This document shows, piece after piece, positions 1 through 15,053 of a stretch of DNA of 64,000 nt. Numbering within the stretch: the stretch's first letter is position 1; every line of letters starts with the position of its first letter. The notes under the pieces were generated by a model that was not told the DNA's origin, made no database searches, and saw nothing but the letters and a program-made list of their open reading frames with translations. This DNA comes from the human T2T-CHM13v2.0 reference genome, Homo sapiens, in assembly GCF_009914755.1 (NCBI RefSeq), contig NC_060926.1, one strand, 5' to 3'. The position numbers and the translations under genes are program-made.

Positions 1-915
1 GAAATGACGAGAAATTTTAAAACAGACCGTACAGACTGTTGGCAAAGATGTGGAACAACTGAAACTCCCACAGTGATGGTAGGTGTGTAGATCAGTACAA
101 CCACTTTGGAAACTCTTTCATCTGTATCTTCTAAAAGTGAACCTATATATACCCTATAGCTCAAACAATTTCCCCCTAGGTACACAACCTACAGAAATGC
201 ATACACTTAACACCAAAATACAAGTACAAAATTTACAGCAATGTTATTTGTAATCACCCTAAACTAGAAAAACTCACATATCCCCTAGTATTGGAATGGA
301 AAAACAAATCATATTTGTTCATACAATGGAACATGTTAAAACAATGAACATTAACAACAACTTACATGCAACAGAAATGAATCTCTCAAAGCATTTCGAA
401 CAAAAGAAGCCCCCCCGCACCCCCTATGTATTCCCTTTATATACAGGGAATGGGATCGTGTATGATATTTATATAAAGAAATTTTCATTTATATAAGATT
501 CATAACAATTGGCAATTATTCCAACCATATGACACGTTGGAAAAGGCAAAACTATGAAGACATTAAAAAAGATCAGTGGTTGCCAGGAATTAAAGGGGAG
601 GGAGGGATGAATAGGCACAGCACAGACGTATTTTCATTTCAGAGTACTGAAAATACTATGTATGATGTAATATAGGTGGATGCATGGCATACATTTGTTC
701 AAACTTACAGAATGTATAAACACGAAGAGGGAACCCTAATGTAGAGTATGGACTTTGGGTGATAATACATCAAGCAAATTCATCAACTGTTAACAAATGA
801 ACCACTCTGAATGATGGGTGATGTTGACATAGGGAAGGGTATGCATGTGCAGGGGCGGGGGGTAAGGTGTATCTCTATACTTCCTTTCATTTTTACTAAG
901 CATCTCAACTGCTCT
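1..915 (+). mobile_element. Old L1M (L1MC/ME-like) 3' fragments
   Basis: L1 3' motifs: ttggcaaagatgtggaacaactg, ggaaaaggcaaaactatg, gatcagtggttgccagg, tatggactttgggtgataat. Confidence 0.7.
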
Positions 916-919
916 TTAA

Positions 920-1212
<293 letters not shown>

Positions 1213-1731
1213 GTTTAAAAATAATTATTTAAATGTGAAGGGAGTAGGTGCTCCATGGGGATAGAAGAGTGGTGACTGCCTACTTTTGAGGGACATATAT
1301 GACTGAGTACAGGGAGATTTCAGGGTTGCTGGTAATATCCTATTTCTTGATCTGGGTGGTAGTTTTCCTATGTGTTCATTTTGTAAAATTTCATCAAGTT
1401 ATATACATTTGATCTGTACATTTTCTGAATGCATATTGTACTTCAATATAAAGATTATTATAAATTAAATATTTTAACGTAATTTATAGGTGATTACTTA
1501 GGAACTGTTAAAGACAATTTTTTTGCTTTACCTCTAGTTCCCACATAGTTGACTAAACCTTCCCCCATTTTTATACAAATAATAAAATGAGTGTGTCCCA
1601 CAAATTAAATTCATAATATGAAATTTAGAATATGATTTTATTCACTCAACAACTATATGTATGGCTACGATGTGCCAGTCACTGTTCTAAGTTCTAAGGA
1701 TAAGGCAGTTAGCAAGTTAAAAGTTCATGCT

Positions 1732-2030
1732 GACTGGGCAGGGTGGCTCATGCCTGTAATATCAGCACTTTGGGAGACCGAAGCGGGAGAAACGATTGAA
1801 CCTAGGAGTTCAAGACCAGCCTGAGCCAAGAGAGAGCGGTCCCGTCACTATCCAAAAACAAACAAACAAACAAACAAACAAACAGGCCAGGCAGGCATGG
1901 TGGCACATGCCTTGTGGTCCCAGCTACTCAGGAGACTGAAGTGGGAGAATCACTTGAGCCCAGGAGGTTCAGGTTGCAGTGAGCCATGATCACATCACTG
2001 CCCTCCAGCCTGGGCAACAAAGAAAGACCC
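1732..2030 (+). mobile_element. AluJ with (CAAA)n linker
   Basis: Alu dimer consensus with J-type diagnostics (cttgagcccaggagg, gagccatgatc). Confidence 0.9.
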
Positions 2031-2441
2031 TGACACAGTTTAGATATTTGTCCCCATCCAAATCTTATGTTGAAATGCAATCCCCAAAGGTGGAGGTGGA
2101 GCCTGGTAGGAGGTGATTGGATCATGGGGGCGGATTTCTCATAAATGGTTTAGCACCACTGTCTTGGCACTGTCCTTGCAATAGTTAAGAGATCTGGTTT
2201 AAGTGTGTGGCACCTTCCCTCCTACTCTTTCTCTGTCTCTCACCTCCCTCTACTTCTACCATGTGACGTGCCCATTCCCCATTTGCCTTCTGCCATGAGT
2301 AAAAGCTTCTTGAGGCCTTCCCAGACCCAGATGCCAGCACTATGCTTCCGGTACAGCCTGCAGAACTGAGTCAATTAAACCTCTTACAAATTACCCAGTC
2401 CCAGATATTTCTATATAGTAATACAGGAATGGCCTGACACA
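2031..2441 (+). mobile_element. MST (MaLR) solo LTR
   Basis: TG...CA ends, gatatttgtcccc...aaatcttatgttgaaat start, ttggatcatgggggcggat, caattaaacctctt...aaattacccagtc. Confidence 0.85.
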
Positions 2442-4053
2442 GTCTTAAAAAGAGATGATAGTGGCCTGAAGCTAAGGTATTGAGGAGGAGGGGTAGAATT
2501 GTTCAGTCAGAAAATATGTTTAAAGTAGAGTCAAAGACATCTGCTAACAGATTGATAACAGGTTATCATGTGAGGAGCAAGAACAGAAAGAAGTTAAAAA
2601 CACTCCCAAGGTTTTTTTTTTTTTAAATCCTGAGCAACTAGAAAGATGGAGTTGCCATTAACTGAGATATGGTAAACTGAAGGTAGAAAAGATTGCAGGG
2701 GAGGGGTGCCAGTCAGGGGCCTATTTTGAAATATGAAAGTTCTGAATGCCTATTGAATATCCAGATGAAGGTGTTCATCAGACAGTCAATGGGTTTGGAG
2801 TTCAGGTAGAAATCTGGCCTGCCAATATCAGCATATACATTAGGCATTGAGAGTCATCTGGAATATAATGTAGACAGGAGGAAACCCTGCAGCACTCCAA
2901 AATTAACAAGCAGAGACTAAAAAGAACCAGCATAGGGGACTGAGAGTGCCAGTGAGATATGAGGAAACTGGTGTCCAGAAACCAAACTGAAGAAATCATT
3001 TCGGGAAGAACTTAACTGTGTCAAATACTTAAAAAGTCAAGTAAAATAAAGACTAAGAAATGATCCTTGGATATAACATTGTGGTAATAACTGGTGATCT
3101 TGACAAGAACTGTGAGCACAAAACCCTGCCTAGTATAGACTCCAGAGAGTGGAAGGAGATGAATTGTAAACAAGTACAGGTTAACTCTTTCCAAGGGTTT
3201 TGCTATAAAAGCAAGCATTATAAAATTGGCAGTACAGTTCCTAGGTTAGCCCACAAGGGTAGATTTGACACATAAGGGTACCTGAAGTATTTGTAAATCA
3301 GCCTTTATATTCTGTAGCAATAGTGCATGCTAGCAGTATAAAGAAATGAATGTGCTGACTTAAATTTGATTAATATTTGAGGAAAAGTATGCAAAAAATT
3401 TAAGCAATGAAAACAGAAATTCAAGGAAATGTGTATGACACATTTAAGAACTTTATAAACAGCACTGTTTTTTTATGTCTATTCTCCACCTCAAAATGTT
3501 TAAGTTTCCTTTTCATTTGATGAGTTATTGCACTGACAGTATCTCTGTCCTGTGATTATGGCTGTTTTCAAGGCCTACCAATAAAACAAGCTTGCGAAAG
3601 GGGTATGTACAAAAGAAAAAAAAATTCTGCATACCTGGGCAAGAATTGAAGAGAAAAAAACAGAAAATTTAAATAATGAAATATACACACACACCCACAC
3701 ACACAATATGGTTACAAAGATAAGGCTAATTTTCAGTATTAGTTAAGTATCAATAACTCAGGGCATGCCTAGATTTCTATTAAAAATATTACAAGAAAAT
3801 CCTAAATACCTCTTCCTAAAATTAACTGCTAATTATTTATCAATAGAGCTAACAGAACATTTAAGATAAATTCTTAACCAACTTATCAAGTCTGGAACAC
3901 GCATACTTAATTTAAATAGCTAACATTAGATAAATATGAATTACAGTATGGTTGATAAAATGAGACATTATCTTTTATCAATAGTGTGCCATTAAGATTT
4001 TGTTGTTCTTATCAAAGTCTTTCATATTCTCTGCCTTCAACTTTTTTAAGCAC

Positions 4054-4103
4054 TGAAGTAATTTGATTCTAAATCAAATTTGATTTAGAATCAAATTACT
4101 TCA
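4054..4103. repeat. Perfect 50-bp palindrome with no spacer
   Basis: tgaagtaatttgattctaaatcaaa|tttgatttagaatcaaattacttca. Confidence 0.97.
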
Positions 4104-4834
4104 TTTGATTCTAAAAGTTTATTTTATTTACATTTTCCCTTTAATCAGCTTCACCTGCCATAAAAATCATCTAACAGAACCACCGGATAATCCTACAATA
4201 TCTCATGTATTATAAAGTTTCATTATTCCTCAGATTCCTATGGATATTTCAGAGGTACCAAGTTTTTTTTCAACTTTTCTTCTAAGGGGATAGTTCTAAA
4301 TTATAGATATGAGTTCCTAAAAATATAACTTCACTAATGCTAAAAGAAGTTAACACTTTAGGGGTTAGGTTTTTAAAACTAAATGTTATCCCCTTACCAA
4401 ATATAATAATAATTTTAAAAATATAGATGGATGGTTAATCACCATCTCTGCTTTAACATCAAGCAATCTCTTCCCCCAAATGCCATCTCCTTAGATTTGG
4501 ATCATTACTCTTCTATAAACTGCTCCTTTCCTCCCATTTGAAATTAATCTTTTATTAACCTTTCATTTTTATAGCAGTTTTCCAAATTATTTTATATACA
4601 CATACATATGAACATAACCAGAAATGACTGATTTTCTAATATGTATTACAGAAGATCTCATTTTATAGTCTTACCACAAATATGTGAGAAAAAGATGATG
4701 TGACCTGTAATTAGTAAACTGACTAGCGAGATATTCACTTCACCTTATTAAATCTGAAGTACTAGTTAAGCCCCTGTTAAGGGGACTCCTACTCTCTCCA
4801 ATGATGAATATGATGGCTAAACACATAAGATAAG

Positions 4835-5010
4835 GATTTACTACTTGTAGAGCACTATTCTAAGTGTTTACATATATTAACTCATGTCATGCTCCCAACT
4901 ACGCTGAGTTTAATATTATTTTCCCCCTCCTTTCTAGATGAGAAAACAAAGAGGTTATGTAGTTTGCCTGAAGTCACACAGTTGAAAATGGATGGAGCCA
5001 GGATGTAAGA
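4835..5010 (-). mobile_element. MIR
   Basis: MIR core: tttctagatgagaaaac...gaggttatgtagtttgcctgaagtcacacag...ggagccaggat. Confidence 0.7.
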
Positions 5011-5200
5011 TGAAAACTGTGCAAAACCATATTGCAGATATTGCTAAAGATCAACTCCCTACCAGGCCAGTTCATTCATAGGAACAGCAGCTTTAAGTTA
5101 GCTTCCCTGTATATAAATATATGCAATTTTAATTAGTTTTAGTTTAATTAAATCAAATCAAAGTGAGTTTAAAAATCTAGGAAAGATAAAGAAACTTTAG

Positions 5201-5518
<318 letters not shown>

Positions 5519-5579
5519 ACATATGCTATTATATGTGAAATATTCTATTGTATGTATATAGTATGTGTATGTAGCATGT

Positions 5580-5905
5580 GAAATCCTGTCACACGCTACA
5601 ACACGGATGAACCTCAAGGACATTATGTTAAGTGAAATAAATGAGTCACAAGACAGCTATGATTCCATGAATATGAAGTACTTAAAGTAGTCAAAATCAT
5701 ACAAACAGCAAGAAAAAAGGTAGTTGCCAAATGGGGGAGAGATGAAAAGGGAAGTTGGTATTTAAAAGGTAGAGTTTCAATTTTGCAAGATGAAAAATTC
5801 TAGAGATGTGTTACACAACAATGTGAATACACTTAACATTACTGAACTGTACACTTAAAAATTGTTAAGATGGTAAATTTAATGTTATGTGTTTTTTACA
5901 ATTTT
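5580..5905 (+). mobile_element. L1MA/MB 3' end
   Basis: aaatcctgtca...ggatgaacctcaaggacattatgttaagtgaaataa...actgaactgtacacttaaaa. Confidence 0.8.
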
Positions 5906-6837
5906 TTTAAAAATCTGGCAAATCTTCCCTGTTGTCCCACTCCCATAGAGGACTTATTTTAGGAACCTAATGGATAAAATCCTCAATGTCACAGGTAAGA
6001 AGGTCAGAGAAACTATGAAGGATACACAGCAATATTACAAGTTATTGTAACACACAATACTCTTTCCTAAGGCTCTGCCTTGTCCCCATAAGCTTTAGGG
6101 ACTAGTTTTCCCCTCCCCTTCAGATTAAAAAAAAGACTACTTTAAATTTACTATAAAGGTTTTTTTAAAAGCTGTTCTACCAGGTTAAAATAGTACACAC
6201 ACAAAAAGATAAAGTTCTCAGTAATTCCTAACTGCTATCCAATAAACAGCAGGAAAGTGATCTGCTATAAGCAGCTGTAACTCACAACTCTCAAATCAAA
6301 TGTACTAAAATGTACTAAATGCTCATCTTAAAGGTAGACTGAATTTTTAGGGACAACTAAAGATCTGAAGCTGCCTATTATGAATAAGGTTAAGTATTCA
6401 AACTGCTCTTGATTCAAAACAAACTATGACTACAACAGAAATTGGATCTTAATGTAGTTTACCTCCTTTCCCACCTCCCAATCACCTAATCTAAACATTG
6501 TATCACAATGTCTAGTCTAACTTAGTCTAACTACTTGAGGACAAAATACACTGTTTTTCAAGCCTCCTTCTTTAGTAAGACCAATGAAGGAAACATACAA
6601 AATAGCAATAATATATATTATTTTTTAACCTCATCTCTTGGTATTTAATAGATGTACCTATTATAATCTTATTCTCGGTTTTCATGCCTTCTACCAAATA
6701 GATATATATATTTTCTTCCAGGTTCTATGTATGTATTTATGCTACTCACCAAGAATACAAAAATGAGGCAGGTGGTCCCCAGAAAAGCCCTGTCTTTCAA
6801 CAGGACAAGTGCCAAGCATCCTGTAGAACGCACCAGA

Positions 6838-6966
6838 GGCTGGGCACGGTGGCTCACGCCTGTAATCCCAGCACTTTGGGAGGCCAAGGAGGGAGGGTCA
6901 CTTGAGTCCAGGTGTTTGAGACTGGCCTGGGCAACACAGCAAGACCAGTCTCTACCAAAAATAAAT
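6838..6966 (+). mobile_element. Alu left monomer / FLAM
   Basis: ggctgggcacggtggctcacgcc...gtctctaccaaaaataaa. Confidence 0.85.
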
Positions 6967-7183
6967 TGGGCCACAATGCCCAGATAATTTTAAAATTATT
7001 TTTAAGTAATTAAAAAAAATTTTAAGAATGTAAAAATGGCTTCCACATTAATTCTATTAACTAAGTCATTCCAATTGCATATTGCAATAAAACTTAAATT
7101 GAATGGCTTGAAGTCGTTTCTTAAAATATTCTAAAAAAAATAGCCATGACAGAACAGATTTGGTTATGCTTTTTAGATAGTAT

Positions 7184-7587
7184 TGTATTAGTCCGTTCTC
7201 CCACTGCTATGAAGAGATACCTGAGACTAAGTAATTTATTTTTTTAAAAGGTTTAATTGGCTCATGGTTCTGCAGGCTGTATAGGAAGCATGATTCTGGC
7301 ATCTGCTCTGCTTCTGGGGAGGCCTCAGGAAACTTACAATCATGGCAGAAGGCAAAAGGAGAGCTGGCAAGTCACATGACCAGGGCAGCAAGAGGGTGGC
7401 AAGAGGTGCCACACACACTTAACTAGATCTCACAAGAACTCACTATCACCAAGACAACACCAAGGAGGATGGTGGTAAGCCATGGGAAACCACCCCCATG
7501 ATCAAATCACCTTCCATCAAGTCCTTCCTCCCACATTGGGGATTACAATTGAACATGAGATTTGGGTGGGACTTCCAAACCATATCA
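7184..7587 (-). mobile_element. MSTA-like (MaLR) solo LTR
   Basis: tgtattagtccgttctc...ggaggcctcaggaaacttacaatcatggcagaaggc...ccaaaccatatca; near-match 5-bp TSD agtat/actat. Confidence 0.88.
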
Positions 7588-7597
7588 ACTATATATC

Positions 7598-7898
7598 TTT
7601 TTTTTTTTTTTTTAAGACAGGGTTCTCACTCTGTCGCCCAGGGTGGGGTACAGTGGTGTGATCTCCGCTCACTGCAACTTCCACTTCCCAGGGTTCAAGC
7701 AATTCTCCTATCTCAGCCTCCCGAGTAGCTGGGACTACAAGTGTCCGCCACCACGCCCGGCTAATTTTTGTATTTTTTAGTAGAGACTGGGTTTCACCAT
7801 GTTGGCCAGGCTGGTCTCGAACTCCTGACCTCAGGTGATCTGCCGGCCTCGGTCTCCCAAAGTGCTGGGATTACAGGAATGAGCCACCCCACCCGACC
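7598..7898 (-). mobile_element. AluS
   Basis: Reverse Alu consensus with poly-T. Confidence 0.93.
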
Positions 7899-9249
7899 TA
7901 TATCATTCTTATAACTTGTTGAAATGCAATGGTAATGGCATATATCACAATATAAACTCATTTTCTCAAATTTAAGTAACTTGAGATCCTTTTAAGCTTT
8001 ATAAAGTATTTTAATTAAACTTTGGAAAACAGTATTATTTACTATTTCAACTTTCAATTATTTGTGTATCGCTTTAAAAATACATCAAAAACTTCTAAAA
8101 TTCAAAACCTTCAGGGCATCAGTTATTTAAGATAGTTATGATATCTTGAACAAAAATTTCTCCAGAATCAATTACACATTTACCTACTTTCCTTGGCAGG
8201 AAGCTCAGAACGTTATTTAATCTTTGTCTAATTATTCCAATTCATTATTAAAAGTAATTTATGGTATCAAATAGGCCCTAGAACACTGAACTAAAAACAT
8301 TCATAATTATAGTTTTTTATTTCTTCTACTTGTTTTTCCTGCCTTCTTCCCAACTCTGGTGGTATCAACTCTCCATCCTCCACCTCCCAGGTTACCGTAC
8401 CCATCATCCCTTCTACTGTACATTTTCTAAGCCAGTTTTAAATTTGGAAAGCAGTCGGAATTGTTAAAACTGTATATAAACATTAAATAAATTAGGACTA
8501 AAGAAAGGATCTAAGGCTACTCTTAAGAAACTCAAACCCTTCAAAATGAAGATGGCCACGGCAGGTATATCTGCTTCAGTACAGGAAATTTCAAACTGTT
8601 AAGTGTCAGCAGAGAAGAGGGCCCCAGGCCCTCATGTAAGTCAGAGCAGCCCCATTAATATTAGTTTTATACACTGGAGTTCTGCCTAAGATGTCATTTG
8701 AGGAAAAGGCTCTGCTCTAGCACTGGACTAAAACTGATGTTTCTGCCACTGCTGCAATGGCTAGGGGGAAAACAACCAACCAACAACAACAAAAACACAT
8801 GGTTTGGGGTTTTCTTCCTTCATTAAAAAAAAAAAAAAGCAGAACTGCCTGTAAATAAAATGATTCCGTTCCAACACTTTCTGCAGACTGTAAACAATCC
8901 TGAGTTGGTATCAATATAAATAGAAGAAAAAATGCTTTAAATGATCCACTAAACGACACCTATGTATTGCTTTGAACCCCTAGTTATTTACAAGCTTCAT
9001 TGTTTTCTATTTTCCCGTGTCTGCTACCTAAATCATCTCTGCCGTATTACCTATATAATTAGAGGACCCTTAGTCACCATGTGGTTGGCTTTCACAAAGA
9101 ATAAAAGCCAAAGACCTGGATCTTGGCAGTTTTAGAATTTATACATTTTTCTTTTGCCCTCCAATTTTTACATATTTGATTCAAACATTTATTGAACAAC
9201 TATATTGAGCGAACATTTGTTGACCAAAATTATAATCTAACACATTAAT

Positions 9250-11130
9250 CAGAATCAGTGAAGCTGTGCTACAGTAACATCAATCACAAAAGCTCAATGG
9301 CTTTGATACAACAAAAATTTATTTTTCACTAATTTCAAATGTCCAATTCAGGTTGGTAAGGGAGATGTGATCATGACAGTGCCTCAGGAGTCCAGGCTCC
9401 CCTTGATACATGCTTCCAGGCTCCACTTGATACATGCTTCCAAGGTTGCCTTGCCAAAGGTGAAAGAAAACGTGGCAAATCACATTCTGTTCTTTAACTT
9501 CCACTCACATTTTACTGGTTACAAAAAGGCACATGGCCATGCCCGACATTAAGAATTAAAGGAAAGGGCAATTCAATGATTATTTTATGAAGAATCATGA
9601 CTCCCTAGTCCCCTGCTGTCAAATATTTATTCTTCCCACATGAAAAAATACACCTGTCCCTCCATTCAGAAGGTAACCCAAATATCCCATCCAGTCTCAG
9701 CATCAAGATCAAAGGACAGGATCTGCGCTGATGGGGAAATCACCTCTATATCAAGTCCAGATGCAGCCCCTCTTCACAGAGACCTATTTATTAAAACAAG
9801 TTATCTACTTCCCTTCACACACACAATACACACTGACAGAATATAAAAAATGCTCCAGTTCAAAAGAAGAAAAGAAGACAACAGTCAGTAGTTCATAGCA
9901 ATTCATAAGCCAGGCTGAACAGATTGTGCAAGGGCTCTCTGTCCTGGAAGGTGGGGAATGCTCTGACTGACCCTTGGGAGGAGTTTCTAAGTCTGCTGTT
10001 CTCTGTGCCTCTAGGTTCTGCCTTCTGGAAGGTTTTTCCTGGTCTGTTATCTTCTAACGCTACAAGTGAAGTGAGCATCAGAGAGTGTGACTCCTTAGCA
10101 GAGCAGAATTCTCAGCAGGCAGATAGGTCAGGGAGGTATAGGGCAGAGAGCAAGATCATTATGTATCAAGCAGTTATACTTTATTCAGACTTTTGTCTAT
10201 GCCTCTCCCTGAAAAAATTAGAAGGCTTATCTATTTGATTCTATCCAATTCCAAGCGCCAATGTCCAGAACCAAAGCTTTTTTCTAAGATATGCCTCTTA
10301 GATTTACTACTTTTCTTTGCTTTCTTGCCCCATGAGACAGTGTGTCTATTTCTCTCTAACTATGGGTACCTTGAGTTTACCTGGCTTTAGCAGGGGTTCC
10401 ATACCTTTAGTCTCTTTTCCCTAACCCAACTGAAAAGCAATTCCCTCTCAAGTTGGCCTTTACTCTGAATTACCTTAATCCTTTCAGACATTTTAACAAT
10501 GGAAGTGATGGTCATAACCCTGACTGGATCCTACCAAAAGGATGAATTTTAATTATCTACTCAAAAGCCTTTTCAGTTGTGTCTCCTACTGATTGGAGGT
10601 AAGAAGCAACTACTGGTCAGGCACAGTCGCTCATCCCAGTACTTTGGGAGGCCAAGGTGGGAGGATTGCTTGAGCCCAGGAATTTGAGACTAGCCTGGGT
10701 AACACAGGGAGACTGCCTCTAATTTAATTAAAAAGAAAAAAAAAGGTGCAGCAGTAATTGCTTCTTCTAATCCTACAAATTCCCAAATTTCTGGACTCTG
10801 TATTGCTTTTCATTCATACTTGCAAACTAACCAATTATTTTCTAGCTCATCTCTTTCTTATAACACCTTGTCAAATGAAACCAGTACCAGTTAAAATACA
10901 ATTTGTTTTCCAACCTTGTCCCAAAAGCTTCAAATGCATTAAATATATTACTTGCCTTCCAAGTTACTGCACGTTAAGTTTTATATAATAATATTGTTCT
11001 CTGCATCGTCATGTTTCTAGCATCTAACATCAGTTTCCTTGCTGCCTGATCCTCAGGCCAATGCCACAGTTGAAGTTTTTTGTTAGAGCATACTATTCCT
11101 TGTATAAATTTTGACTTAAGTGATGATAGG
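9250..11130. mobile_element. Probable old MLT1 (MaLR) LTR plus internal sequence
   Basis: MLT1-like start (gctgtgctacagtaaca...ctcaatggcttt...acaacaaaaatttattt); a similar LTR start recurs at about 13720-13900. Confidence 0.45.
10615..10744 (+). mobile_element. FLAM / Alu left monomer
   Basis: cccagtactttgggaggccaaggtgggaggattgcttgagcccagg, A tail. Confidence 0.85.
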
Positions 11131-11567
11131 CTGTAATAATATAGGTGCTGTCTAATAGAAATACAATGCAAGCCACGTACGTTAACTTCAAATTTTCTAA
11201 CAGCCACATTAAAAAAGTAAAACTCAAAGGTAAAATTAACTTTAATATATTTCATTTAACCTAATATAGACATACCTCAGAAACACTACAAATTTGATTC
11301 CAGACAAGTACAATAAAGCTAATATTGCAATTAACCAAGCCACACATTTTTTTGGTTTCCCAGTACATATGTTTATACTATACTGCAGTCTATTAAGTGT
11401 GCAACAGCATTATGTCTAAAAAAACAAAAAGTACATTAATTTAAAAAAACTTTACAGCTAAAAAATGCTAACAATCATCTGAGCCTTCAGTAAATCGTAA
11501 TCTTTTTGCTGGTGGAGGGTCTTGCCTCAAAGTCAATTGCTGCTGACTGATCAAGATGGTGGTTGCT

Positions 11568-11968
<401 letters not shown>

Positions 11969-12480
11969 GGAAAATCTGTTGTTTAGTGTGGCCATTTTCA
12001 TCAATGATCTTAGCTTCCGGATAACTTCTTGCAGCTTCTACATCAGCACTTGCAGCCTTGTCTTTATGTTATGGAAACAGTTTCTTTCCTTAAACCTCAT
12101 GGACCAGTATTCTGCTAACTTCCAACTCTTTCTGCAGCTTCCTCACCTCTATCAGCATTCACAGAATTGAAGAGTTAGGGGCCTTGCTCTGGATTAGGCT
12201 TTGGTTTAAAGGAATGTTGTGGCTGGTATATCTGGCCAGACCACTAAAATTTTCTCCATATCAGCAATGAGACTGTTTTGCTTTCTTATCACGTGTTCAC
12301 TGGACTAGGACTTTTAATTTCCTTCAAGAACTTTTCCTTTGCATTCACAACGTGGCTGTGTGGCACAAGAGGCCCAGCTTCTGGTCTATCTGGGCTTTCA
12401 ATATGCTTTCCTCACTAAGCTTAATTATTTCTAAGCTTTTGACTTAAAGTGAGATATGTGCAATTCTTCCTTTCACTTGA

Positions 12481-12998
<518 letters not shown>

Positions 12999-13037
12999 TG
13001 ATTACGGATCACTGTTAAGAAGTATAATAATAATGAA

Positions 13038-13470
<433 letters not shown>

Positions 13471-13960
13471 TTAAGTAGTATCTGTGAAGCACAATAAGAT
13501 AAAGCATGCCTATATATCCAAAGAATTAAATTTCAATCTTTTATCAATAATACAAATTATTCATGAAATTTTTACATTCTATTTTTTATACTAAAACTTG
13601 AAAATTCAATTTGTATTTTATTACACTTACAGCACATCTCAATTCAGTCTAGCCACATTTCGAGTGCTTAATAGCATCACAGGGCTAATGGCTCCCCTAT
13701 ATAACAGAGCAGGGCAAAATTAAGTTGCAGTAAGAACCCCTCAAATCACAGTGGCTTAAAACAAAGGTCTATTTTTTATTCACATCCATCATAAGTCAGC
13801 TGATGCTGCTTTCCTGACTTATGAATCAATGTTAATGGATCAATCACCATGACGTATTTCATTGGCCAAAGCAAGCTCCATGGCTACACCCAACTTCGGT
13901 GTGCCCATGAAGAGAACCAGAAATATTAGGAAGACAGTACAAATGACTAACATTTATAAA

Positions 13961-13964
<4 letters not shown>

Positions 13965-14000
<36 letters not shown>
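13965..14000. repeat. (TA)18 microsatellite
   Basis: Uninterrupted TA run. Confidence 0.95.
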
Positions 14001-14004
<4 letters not shown>

Positions 14005-14278
14005 TTATAAAGTAACATTTATAAAATCACAATTTAAAACTTTCAAACCGTTTTCAATAAATTCTACCTTTATTTTCCTTTTGCTCTGATATAACCCTGC
14101 TTCAAAAAGCAAATGAAATGATAAAGTGGTAGAGCTATACTACTTGAATAAACTACTTCCATTAACTAGATAAAACAGTAAATCTAAGACAAATAAAATT
14201 TCTTTACCATGGAACATCATTTGCCCTTCAACGAAATTCCTGAAGATTTAATAAAAGCAAATGAAAAGCGGAAATAAG

Positions 14279-14578
14279 AGTTGGATGTGGTGGTGTACAT
14301 CTGTAGTCCCAGTTACTTGGGAGGCAGAGGTGGGAGGATAGCTTGAGCCCAGGTGTTCAAGACCAGCCTAGGCAACATAGTGAGACCCCATCATTACAAA
14401 AAATTAAAACATAAAAAAATTAGCAAGGCACAGTGCGGGGCACCTGTAGTCCCACCTACTTAGGTGGCTAACACAGTAGGATCACATGAGCCCAGGAGTT
14501 TGAGGCTGCAGTGAGCTATAATCATACCCCTGTAATCCAGTCTGAGTGAGAGAGAACTTGTCTCTAAAAAAAAAAAAG
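14279..14578 (+). mobile_element. AluJ
   Basis: Diverged Alu dimer with A tail. Confidence 0.88.
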
Positions 14579-14925
14579 AGCAAACACTTAATTGATTAGA
14601 ATGGGAAAAAAAGCAAAAATGGAAACAGACATCAAATACCATTTTTTAAATTCATTTTGGCCATCAAGTACTTTAAATCCTCTTTAAAACTTTCTTACCA
14701 AGTCTTTTTGAGTGGTTACTGCTGTTGAAACAAGTATAGGCTGAAAGAAAATTAAACAGGAGTGAAAAAACCAATTTATTTATAAAAAGTAGGGAGAAAG
14801 CAGGAAATAAATGACATAATGTTAATCAAAACTAAAGATATTTTCACCAATTTTCAAAAAGATTTCCTTACACCCTTTAAAGTTAACTTTCTGCCATTTA
14901 TTAACACTGTAACAAAAAAGTCAAT

Positions 14926-15053
14926 TGCCAGGCCTGTAACTCCGGCACTTCAGGAGGGAGACAGGAGGATTACCCAAGGCCAGGGGTTCAAGACCAGCCT
15001 GAGCAACACAGCAAGACCCCATCACTATAAAACATAAAAAGTAAAAAAAAAAA
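14926..15053 (+). mobile_element. FLAM-like Alu monomer
   Basis: ggggttcaagaccagcctgagcaacacagcaagacccc, A tail. Confidence 0.75.

Larger units (their letters stand above)
1640..3215 (-). mobile_element. L2 fragment interrupted by an Alu and an MST LTR
   Basis: L2 3' motif ttcactcaacaac...tgtgccagtcactgttctaag, then L2 body motifs (gatggagttgccattaactgagat, gagttcagg...tctggc). Confidence 0.65.

Noticed and set aside
6297-6532. Tiny tandem repeats (aaatgtacta x2, agtctaact x2; similar at 37330 and 62440)
   Set aside because: 9-12 bp slippage duplications at background frequency.
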